Source: Cirrosporium novae-zelandiae (lineage: Eukaryota). From it: DNA of 20,000 bases. The stretch covers positions 304,614 to 324,613 of the forward strand of contig JAPETS010000036.1 of assembly GCA_026023565.1 (NCBI GenBank). Direction: 5' to 3'. Each line of letters starts with the position of its first letter. The first letter of the stretch is position 1. The notes beneath the pieces were generated by a model, which was given only the letters and a program-made list of their open reading frames with translations, ran no database searches and had not been told where the DNA came from. The translations under genes and the position numbers were made by a program. This document shows, piece after piece, positions 1 through 9,837 of the stretch.

Positions 1-252
1 CACCAAGAAACCAACCACTGACTGACCCACTAACCCACTACTAACCTTCCTTCAACTACTGTACAGTAACCAACTTTCAATTACTCTCCTTGCTTCGTCT
101 ACTTCGCTTGTTATCATCATTCTTGCCAAGATTTCCTTGACCTTCATCACCAAAGTCCCAAGATTCCTTTCGCCATTCATTCTCACTTCCGCCATGTTAT
201 TATCCTCCATCAATCATTCTATGTTCTGCGATAGCTACGGCCACCATCCACC

Positions 253-1998
253 ATGGTTCAAACTCACTTCTCTCGACTTCCCACTGTCCCATCGAAACGT
301 TCCGCTTCTGAGATAGACATTGGGGGGACTCCCCCCGATCCCCGCTCAATCAAGACGCTAAAACAAGCTAAACAAGACTACAAGAAGCGTGGGAATCGCA
401 TGACAGCTGAACAACGCCGACGGCAACAACATGAGTGGGAAGCCTATGACCGTGCGGAGAAACAGAGAGAGAAAGAGAAGAGGGCGCTGAAAGAGGCAAG
501 GAAGAGGAAAGAGAAGAAAGAGAAAGAACAGGCAGAGATAAGAGAGAAATTGAAGAGGGGAGAGCCGGTTGGAAAGATCAGAGAGGGGCAGATGAGGATT
601 ACAGGCTGGTTTGCGAAGGGCCAAGCTGCAAAATGCAATGTTGATAAGACGGCCAACGGAGAAGTTTCAGTTTTACAGTCTGAATCAGCGGATCACGATG
701 ACTATACTGAGGATACAAACGATGATGATAATGCTACGGAGGCCGAAGAGTCTGGTGGTGACCAGGATCCCAAAGCAAATTTAAAGCTTGGGATTGAGAT
801 AGAGATAGCAGAACCTACAACCATTGTCCATGATGATAAATTAAAAGAGGAGGAACAAGAGGCAGATCAAGGTGTTACAAACAAACAAATGGATCCGGAT
901 ATGCTTGTGGAATGTAGTCCTGCTACAATTGTAACGGATAATACCTCTCAGCACCCCAAAACTCCAGGATGTATAGTAGCTATCGAGAAGACGAATCCCG
1001 AGAGAGGTATCAAAGTTGAGGTCGGAATGGATCCAGAGTCTAAAGACAATGGCAATAGATCATCCAGAGGCCTTACAACCAAAATTACCTCCAAAGATCC
1101 CCCGAAGGCCGAATTGCCAATCGAAAATATGGAAAATGCGAAAAACAATGTACCTCCAACATTATCAAAACAAGCATCTGATTTATCTGATGACTTCTTC
1201 GATGGACTCTTATCCCAAGATCTACATGATCTAATTCAGAGCCAACCAGAAAGTTATCATAAGGACCTAAAAAAGCTCAAGACCCCTATGAGAAAATCTC
1301 CAAGCACTACACCTACACGGAACAACCCTCACAAAAAGCAGCATTCAAGCGATGTGACCCAGAAGAATATACCATTATGCAGCGAAAAAATCAAGAATGT
1401 CCCCAGAATTCCAGAAATGCCTTCAGGCAAGGTTAACTCGGCAGGCAATACAAGGTCAAAACAACGCTTGGAGTTACATGATGATCAGTCACTTCCTCCA
1501 TCAACTCAATACCCTGGTTTTGATTTCAATTTTCAGGAGCTAGAAGAGCTGGAGATGTCCGCAGTCGAGTCTTGTAAAGAATCGAGATTGAAAAGAAATG
1601 GGAATCCAGAGGCAGGCATCCTTTCACCAAGGATGAAAGAAAGATCAATCCGCCCCAAGATTTCAAGCCAATTTGGAGGTTTCCATGACGAAAATATAAA
1701 TCCAGCAAAAGGCATTATTCATATTGCATGCAACAAGCCTTCAAGTATGCCACAGATCCCGCAGAAGCCATATTGCAGGTCTCCTTTGCAGCCTCGCCAG
1801 GTCTCTGCGCATACACGAAGTACTATCCTTTCCACCCCCTGTACAGCTAACCGACTGTCCAACCCTGCTCGTCCCGCTTTAAATAACATCAATACAAACA
1901 CTCAATCTGCTCCTTGTACCCGAGGGTCTACCCCTGTGATGTTTTCGTCACAGGACTTTGAACTCACCGCTGCAGATCTAGCAGAGCTAGAGGGGTGA
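253..1998 (+). CDS. Uncharacterised 581-aa protein: N-terminal K/E/R-rich coiled coil, PIP-box-like motif, acidic and disordered C-terminal region
   Basis: Long uninterrupted ORF with ATG in good context (ccaccATGg) after a pyrimidine-rich leader. Charged helix at about aa 33-102, QMRITGWF at nt 589-612, D/E-rich tract, S/T/P/N-rich remainder. No recognisable catalytic domain. Confidence 0.8.
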   Translation: MVQTHFSRLPTVPSKRSASEIDIGGTPPDPRSIKTLKQAKQDYKKRGNRMTAEQRRRQQHEWEAYDRAEKQREKEKRALKEARKRKEKKEKEQAEIREKLKRGEPVGKIREGQMRITGWFAKGQAAKCNVDKTANGEVSVLQSESADHDDYTEDTNDDDNATEAEESGGDQDPKANLKLGIEIEIAEPTTIVHDDKLKEEEQEADQGVTNKQMDPDMLVECSPATIVTDNTSQHPKTPGCIVAIEKTNPERGIKVEVGMDPESKDNGNRSSRGLTTKITSKDPPKAELPIENMENAKNNVPPTLSKQASDLSDDFFDGLLSQDLHDLIQSQPESYHKDLKKLKTPMRKSPSTTPTRNNPHKKQHSSDVTQKNIPLCSEKIKNVPRIPEMPSGKVNSAGNTRSKQRLELHDDQSLPPSTQYPGFDFNFQELEELEMSAVESCKESRLKRNGNPEAGILSPRMKERSIRPKISSQFGGFHDENINPAKGIIHIACNKPSSMPQIPQKPYCRSPLQPRQVSAHTRSTILSTPCTANRLSNPARPALNNINTNTQSAPCTRGSTPVMFSSQDFELTAADLAELEG

Positions 1999-2503
1999 AT
2001 TGTGTATTTTCTCAACGCATTCTAGACATTTGGTTCGAGTTGGGTATCATAGAAGAAACATGGCGAGTTCTGGTTTAACGTGATGGCGATAATAATGGGG
2101 TAATTGCATCAGCATCAGGGTTTGGATGGATTATTATTACTATTATTATTCGATGATTGGATGGATGAATGTGCAATGATTTCCACCTCCCCACATGTAG
2201 TTTGGGATTTTGGACATAATTGTTTAGAATGGCTTTCAATGTATGATAGAATGTATCTAGGTAGAGTGCCATGAGTGCTCTCTCATCAAACAATGCAAAC
2301 AGACTTTTGCCACCTTGACTCGGCACGTGTTCGGCCTCCGTTGATCGGCTCTAAGGCGAATAAGAATCGAATCATGCTCGGCACTCCAACTCCCTTAAGA
2401 GTCAAGCTTCGGCCTCAAGAGCTTCATCGGTCATCGCCATTTGGGAAGGTCAACCAGCATGGATCATATCTAAGGTGGAGACCCCAAGAGATACGAAGAT
2501 AAT

Positions 2504-2510
2504 TATAAAA
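2504..2510 (+). promoter_or_regulatory. Putative TATA box of the carboxypeptidase gene
   Basis: TATAAAA about 95 nt upstream of ATG 2601, followed by a CT-rich tract typical of fungal core promoters. Confidence 0.35.
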
Positions 2511-2600
2511 TATAATGCTAATCCCATTTGTCAGTTTCACTTCCTTTTCTTTTAATGTCGTATCCTCTCTATTTTGAGGAAGACACTAACTCTCACCAGC

Positions 2601-5153
2601 ATGTCCGAGACGTTGTCTGAGAAGCCCTTCATGGACTATCGCAACGAGCGTACCCCTCTTATTCAGAGGGTGCGAGTTGCTCCGCCGAGAGAGCGATATC
2701 CTCACTCGACACTGCGGCGCTTCTGCACCATCGTCCTCGGATGCTGTCTTTTCGTCGTCGTCACCACTTTCCTTGTTGTGGTCGTATTCGATCCCCATCC
2801 AGTAGGCAGACATCATCACCACCGAGAGTACTATGGTCCAAGGCATCTTGATTTTATGCCATGGTCATCACCTTATCCACACAAGCAATGGCCATCCAGT
2901 GAAGGAATCTCGTACACGGAACTTCAGGAGATATTATTATCGACACCCGACGAGGACATGGCAAGAGAATGGAGCTCCTATTACACTGCTGGCCCACATC
3001 TAGCAGGAAAGAATCTTTCACAGGCCATTTGGACAAAGGAAAGATGGCAAGAGTTTGGCATAGCTGATACAAGTATTGTCGCATATGATACATATATCAA
3101 TTACCCCCTGGGGCACCGCCTCGCCCTATTGGAGAAGACTAGCGATAAGACTGAGGAAGTAGAATCCCATAATCACATCGAAACGCAAAAGAAGGAGCCT
3201 GGGTATAAGATCAAATATGAATGCAGCCTGGAAGAGGATGTCCTTGAAGAAGACCCTACGTCGTCCCTTGCAGATCGCATTCCAACCTTCCATGGATATT
3301 CTGCAAGCGGCAATGTTACAGCTCAATATGTCTATGTGAACTTCGGTACCTACCAGGACTTTGAGGATCTTGTAAAGGCAAATGTTAGTCTGAAAGGCAA
3401 AATTGCACTTGCCAAGTACGGTGGCATATTTAGAGGCCTCAAAGTCAAACGCGCTCAAGACCTCGGAATGATTGGAGCAGTTTTATATTCTGATCCTCAA
3501 GAAGACGGTGAAATAACCGAACTGAACGGATATGCCCCCTACCCTGATGGTCCTGCTAGAAATCCCAGCGCTGTCCAAAGAGGAAGTGTTGAGAATTTGA
3601 GTATGGGACCAGGAGACCCGACAACCCCAGGTTACCCATCCAAGCCAGGTGTACCTCGTCAATCTGGAAATCACAGTATACCACATATTCCTTCCGTTCC
3701 TATCTCGTATCGAGATGCATTACCACTCCTTCTCGCTCTCAACGGTCATGGACCAAATGCTTCGTCCTTTAACAAGTATTGGCAAGGTGGTGGGCTTGTA
3801 CATAAAGGCGTTCAGTACAATATCGGCCCCTCTCCTCCAAATTTAGTTCTCAACCTCGTCAACGAGCAAGAATACGTAACTACCCCTCTCTGGAATGTCA
3901 TTGGTATCGTCAACGGCTCAATCCCTGATGAGGTCATCGTCCTTGGCAACCATCGTGATGCCTGGATTGCAGGGGGGGCTGGCGATCCTAATTCCGGCTC
4001 GGCCGCCTTCAACGAGGTCATCCGCGCTTTTGGTGCCGCTATCAAACTTGGCTGGAAGCCTGCTCGTACCATTGTTTTCGCCAGCTGGGATGGTGAGGAA
4101 TATGGTCTCATTGGCTCTACCGAATGGGTGGAAGAATATATCCCCTGGCTCTCCAAAGCTGCAGTTGCATACCTCAACGTTGACGTTGGCTGCGCAGGCT
4201 CCCAGTTCAAAGGCTCAGCCTCCCCACTGCTGAATAAGGCGCTCAACGCCGCAACATCTCTTGTATCGTCCCCCAACCAAACCATCCCCGGCCAAACCGT
4301 CTACGACGTTTGGAATAAGAAAATAACAACCCTCGGCTCTGGCTCTGATTACACTGCTTTCTTAGACTTTGCTGGGATCCCCAGCGTGGATTTCGGCTTC
4401 AGCGGAAATGTCCACATTAACGAACACGATGCTGTGTACATGTACCACTCCAACTACGACAGCTTCTACTGGATGGACAAATATGCAGATCCTGGTTGGC
4501 ACTACCACGCCACGATAGCGAAAATATGGGGACTCCTTGCAGCCAACCTCATCGAAACTCCCATTATCGCCTTCAACACAACCGACTACGCCATCGGCAT
4601 ACAACAATATCTTTCCCGCGCCGAAGAAAAAGCAAAAACAAATGGTATTTCCGAATCTTCCTTCTCCTTCTCCCCGCTCGAAAAGGCCGCCCACAAACTC
4701 CACAAAACAACCCTCCATTTCAGCGCCTACACGGCACAGCTCGCCGATGCAATCAATGAGGGCACGCCCTGGTGGCGCTGGTGGGAGCGTGTCAAGCTCT
4801 TTTACCAGGTGCGCAAGGCCAACAGGCAGCTCAAAGAATTTGAACGCGTGTTTCTGTACCAGGACGGCTTAGACGGTCGCACTTGGTTCAAGCATACGGT
4901 TTTTGCCCCTGGGCTATGGACAGGATATGCGGGGGCCACGTTTCCTGGTTTGGTTGAGAGTTTCGAGACGGGAAATTTGACAAATGCGAAGGTAAGCCCT
5001 TTTTTCCTTTTTTTTCCTCTGGTCCAAATTGATTTTTTATAAATCCGATCAATGTGTGAATGTACTGGTTTGCTAACTTCGTTTTTCAACTTATAGCGCT
5101 GGGCCAAAATCATCGAGGGAAACATTGTCCATGCCACTAACCTACTGGGATAA
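2601..5153 (+). CDS. VPS70: Glutamate carboxypeptidase II / transferrin-receptor-like M28 metallopeptidase (Vps70/Tre family), type II membrane protein, about 815 aa
   Basis: Exons 2601-4991 and 5097-5153; intron 4992-5096 (GTAAGC...GCTAAC...TAG). True ATG at 2601 (the ORF track starts at an upstream TTG). TM segment FCTIVLGCCLFVVVTTFLVVVVF; PA domain (YVNFGT..DF, RGLKVKRAQ); M28 motifs GNHRDAW, GAGDPNSG, WDGEEYG, YLNVD, YHSNYDS; dimerisation-domain motif WFKHTVFAPGLWTGY. Exon 2 encodes RWAKIIEGNIVHATNLLG*. The symbol is family-level only. Confidence 0.93.
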
Positions 5154-5621
5154 AGGAAAGGCAAACACCACCACTGGCTGAATCCATCTACCTACGAATC
5201 AACCCACGAGCCAACCAACGAACCAAATGAAACGACGAGAGTAAAAAGGAAGGATAATCATTTAAAGTCTATTCGCTATGACTATAATAGCACCTTCGAC
5301 GTGAAAAAAGTCGGCATCTTAGTTTATCTGCTCATTTTTCCTCTTGATATTATGAATCATCCATCAGGTATATATAATATTATCTATCCAGGAAAGAAAA
5401 GAAGTTTGGGAACATTTTTACAAAATGGATGTAATTTAGGTGTAAGAAATGAAAATGAAATAAAAAATCGTCTTCGTGTGTTGTTTATTTATTTATTTGA
5501 AATAGAGAGAAAGGGGGGAAGAAAATGTAATGTGTAATATGTAATCTAATATGAAAAACTCAGAATAGTAACTGGTAAGCAGAAAGTCCCGCCCCCTCCC
5601 TTCCCCTAGTAAATGATATAT

Positions 5622-5645
5622 CATACATACATACATACATACATA
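5622..5645. repeat. (CATA)6 microsatellite
   Basis: Six perfect CATA units read directly. Confidence 0.9.
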
Positions 5646-5956
5646 CACCAAATAAGTACCATCCCATCCCATACACACATGCACCACAACCCACACCAAG
5701 TACCATATGCATATATAAAAACCAGTTCCAAGTTCCAAAACCCAACACATGAATTATCCATAATATATACCTAGATACAGTACAGTACCTACTCAATAAA
5801 AAAAAGATTTACTTACTATATAATAATATAACAAACAATACCAGCCAAAAGAAAAAAAAAGAGAACTAATAAATTTAGTTTTTGGTTTCTCCCTTCGAGT
5901 CGAGCTCTTCCCCCCGCCCCTCAAACTTCAACTTTAACTGGTTGATTAACTAGGTA

Positions 5957-5988
5957 CCTACCTACCTACCTACCTACCTACCTACCTA
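5957..5988. repeat. (CCTA)8 microsatellite
   Basis: Eight perfect CCTA units read directly. Confidence 0.92.
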
Positions 5989-6030
5989 GATAAATAGATA
6001 TCCGCATCTTGTATCCATATTTCTTTTTTT

Positions 6031-6070
6031 GTTTTGTTTTGTTTTGTTTTGTTTTGTTTTATTTTGTTTT
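6031..6070. repeat. (GTTTT)n pentanucleotide repeat
   Basis: Six perfect GTTTT, then ATTTT, then GTTTT. Confidence 0.9.
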
Positions 6071-6312
6071 CCCCCTCGCCTCAAATAAAAATAAAAAATA
6101 AAAATAGGGTTTTTTGCTGATGGTTAAGTTTAAGAGACCGACCGTTTTGCGCCAAAAAGAAATTGAAAAGCAAAAAAAAAAAACAAGAAAGGGAGATATA
6201 ACCTTTAATAGATGGATAATTAGGGGATTTTTTTCTTTTTTTCCCAAGCCTTCCGCTCCTCTTGTTCATATCTCTCCCCCCACTTTACACACACTGTCCT
6301 ATTATCTCATTC

Positions 6313-9300
6313 CTATGCACCACTCTGCACGCCTCCCATTCCAATTCCCCCCAAACTTCCAATATCACTCCCCTGACTCCCCCAAAGCCCAGCCCCCATA
6401 GAACTATCCATAAGCTCCATAACGGCATCGTCCATGAAGAAGCTGCTCAGACCACCCTCATCGAGTGTGAGCCCTAGCGCCTGTTCGAAAGCTATTTCTT
6501 GTTCGTCGCCCATGGGGAATTCGGTATAGCTGGGTTGACCGCCTGTCATGGGGTATGATGATGTATTTGTTGTGGGGACGCCGGTGTAGAAGTTTGGCCA
6601 GTTTTGAGGGGCCGTAGTGTTGCTTGGGGTCATTGGGGCCGTAGCGACTGGGTTTGGAGTTTGGGGTTGATTTTGGTTTTGGGGCGATTGTTGTTGTTGT
6701 TGTTGCTGTTGTTGCGAGGATCGGCCGTTGCCGGTTGCAACTTCACTTAAAAGATGTAACGGCGTCGAGCGGTTAGGGCCGTTAGAATTGGATCCTTTGC
6801 TTTGATCCGGGCTCTTCATGCCACCGGGGGTACGGAAAAGTTCAGGAGCGATAGGCGTAGATACACCGTTTGAAGAAATGGTAGCTGTTGTAGATGACGC
6901 ACCAGGGGTAGCATCTGGTTTGTTTTGTGGCGAGCCAGCAGCAGTTACCAGTTGGGTAACGATATTTCCGTCTTTGCTGGGACCACTAGTAGGTAGTTGA
7001 CCTCCAGGTCGTCCAGTTTTCTGCTTGTCAAACCATGCCTTGAGCATTTTAAGGACCATGGAGAATTTTGCAGCGGGCCTACACTTTCCCTCCTCGGCAG
7101 CCTTGGCGAAGAAGTCCATGAGTTTGTCCATATACTGTTCCATCTTTAGGTCATCTTTACCGATGACTTTTCCGACCTCGTATTTTGGTGTAGTAACGGC
7201 AATGTACAATTTGTTAAGTAGAACAATGGCATATGCAACGCGGACGAAATGAATGGTAGGTATAGAACGAACAATCTGCATGGGCAGTGAAAGGAAGGTA
7301 TCAAACATATCATGCATCGTTGTAAGGCATATTGTCAGTGCGTCAAGGTGCGCCGAAGACAAGCGGTCGGTTTGAGGTGCAGCTTCATGAAATGCCGTCT
7401 GGTTTTCAAAAATCGGATATGGGGGTTTGAAGTCTTCTACGTTGTGGTTGACATGCATAGCAACTTCGTGCATGTATAAATTGACGACATGATAACCAAG
7501 GTTAAGAACAGCTAGGGATTAGAGTTAACTAAAGAGGATATTGGGGAGGTTTGATTATAAGCAACTCACAATTGTCACTGTCGGGCTTTGAACTGGGTAC
7601 ATGATCTTGACGCCATTTCGCAAGTTGGGCTTCAAAATTCTTGAGAGCAAAGGGGACCTTGGGGTCGGAAATGCCAACACTAGCAGATGGGTCATCCATG
7701 GAGAAATGCACACCGACATCATCTGCGATACATTGAAGCTTGACCCATCGCGTCAAGAGCTTATCTGATGGATAGGCATCGGGAGAATTTTCCAATGTCT
7801 CAACACATTCAGCCATGTATGAAGTCCATCGGATAAGATTCGGCCGACGAAGTGACATAGCAGAACTAGAAAATGTTAGCTATTTGAAGAACTAGAAGCG
7901 CAAGCCATCGGTAGAAAGAACGCCAAACATACCATGCGGCTAGAAAGTAGCACGCCAGCCACGTTCTTTTGGCCTCTATTGGCTCTCCGTCTGGTTTCTT
8001 GGAGAGTTCCTTCCATATATTAAGATGAGCTTTTATTTTTGAGCCCCCTTTTCGAGATATACCGAGATCGATTGCCATTGCCCCGGCAATATGGATAAAT
8101 TGATAAAACTTAAGCTCTTCATAACGGTCTGGAGGCCAATACCAGACAGTTGACACCAACAATGCCTGGATAATTTCAATAGACTTCTCGCCGTTGCAAA
8201 TGATTCGTCTAGCATAGGCGCGGGTTATTTCCTCAACCAGGGTTCGTTGAAGTTCTTGACTAATAAGGCTCGAAGCCGCAGCAAGAATAGAAACAAATAA
8301 AAGGGGTTTCGAGCTGCTAACATCGGTGGCTGTAGTGCCGGGAGGAAAGGCGACGACAGGCATTAAAGGTGCCATTTCGTTTACAAAGCGATCGAATATT
8401 TGACTTGCAGTTTTGGTATCAATAACACCCCTATCAAGTATATCAGTATACTCATTCGCGGCATTGAAGCCACTTGGGGTTGCTGAGTCCATCGTTCTGC
8501 TAGGTTCACGCGTAGATTTAGGTAGGTCGAATAGGTTCACAACTTTCGTAGCATTTTGAGCCTGGGGCGCAAGATCTGGATGGATAACAGCATCCATGGA
8601 ATCGCGTCCGGTCTGGTCAAGATTGTCATTGGAGTGCCGTCTCTTTTGTCCTGCCACTGAAGGCGTTATGAACTGGTTTGGAGAGGTTTCCGGGCCCATG
8701 CCCATAGAACCAGAACTTTCCATCCTCTGATCCTGATACCCGACTGACTGAGGTGTATAGGGACTTTGAGGATCATTCGCGCTAAGGATGCCATTCGCAA
8801 TGCTCTCGAGTGCTGGTCTGCCTCCTGCATGCTTAATGCTTGCAGTCAGAGCTTCAATCTTTTTTTCCAGTTCAGCTACTCTGCTATCTGTTTTCTTTTG
8901 CCTCTTTCGGCTAGGGACCGTCACGACACACTGTCTGTTCCCTTTCCTGCATCTTTTACACGTCCCATCCGTACTGTTTGGGTCTGGTTCACATCGAACC
9001 TTGAGGCCTCGACACGCTTCGCATGCGCGTGGGCGTTTCAGGTCGCCGGAAGAATCTTCAGGATGTGTTAAGATAGGGTTAGGAACAGGCTCCTGATGAG
9101 TGGTCGGAATTTCTGCATAATGAGGATCTCCCCGCTCTTCAGGCGCGGAATTCTGCGGTAGGGCATAGTAAGGATGCTGATGAGGATTTGGAGCCAGCGA
9201 AGGCAGGTCAGACTGAGATGGTCCATGCAACTGAGGAAGAGGAAGTCGAATATGAGGATCGTAAGGTGGTGGAGGGGCGGGCTGACCATAAGAGGAGCCA

Positions 9301-9356
9301 GGAAGGGCCGAGTTTGTCGTCGAGGTCGACCGTAAACGAGGATCTATTCCATCCAT
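6313..9356 (-). CDS. Zn(II)2Cys6 (GAL4-type) fungal transcription factor with middle homology region, about 972 aa
   Basis: Exons 9356-7933, 7865-7570, 7511-6313; introns 7932-7866 (GTATGT..GCTAAC..TAG) and 7569-7512 (GTGAGT..CTAAT..TAG). Total 2919 nt, in frame. Binuclear cluster CEACRGLKVRC-x10-CKRC-x6-C, then basic linker SRKRQKK and heptad RVAELEKKIEAL; fungal TF region (KSIEIIQALL, KRTWLACYF, MSLRRP); poly-Q tract and acidic C-terminal activation-like tail. Confidence 0.92.
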
Positions 9357-9837
9357 CTCGATGAGCTTTGAATGATGCTGTCGAGGAATCGTCGCGAAAC
9401 GGAGGGTCGGTGGATAGGAAAACCGATCGGCATGAGGGTTCCGTCAAGCCGCAAGGTCAACGGAAGCAATTTGATGGATGAGCGGCGGAGAACAAGGGAT
9501 GCGATGTGCGAGGTGGATGGCTTTGACTGATGCACCCTAAGAACCTGCGGGATTTGGATTTTGATGATGATTCAAGCGTTGATGATGACGAGGACAAGAA
9601 GAGGGTAACAATGAGAAGTCACGATGCAAAATAAAGTCTTCAAAGCACCCTCGCTTAATTCTCCACTCAATCTTATGAGTATCACAATACTCAAAATAAA
9701 GTAATAATTAACTCCTCTCTACAAATCTATCGGGGACTATTTGATTTTATTTTATTGATTGCATTGATTTTATTGTCATTGTCTTATTCCATCATTGAAA
9801 ACGATAGCTATTTCCTTTTATAATCAATCTTCCTGCA

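Noticed and set aside
253..1998. Calling the first ORF CAF-1 large subunit Cac1/Rlf2
   Set aside because: It shares the KER helix + PIP arrangement, but I cannot see the CAF1A domain or the C-terminal winged helix.
2574..2600. N-terminal extensions from TTG/GTG starts in the ORF track (also 16639 and 10680)
   Set aside because: These are artefacts of a prokaryote-style ORF caller. Good in-frame ATGs or splice acceptors explain the proteins.
5957..5988. (CCTA)n as interstitial telomere sequence
   Set aside because: The unit is TAGG, not TTAGGG; this is an ordinary microsatellite.
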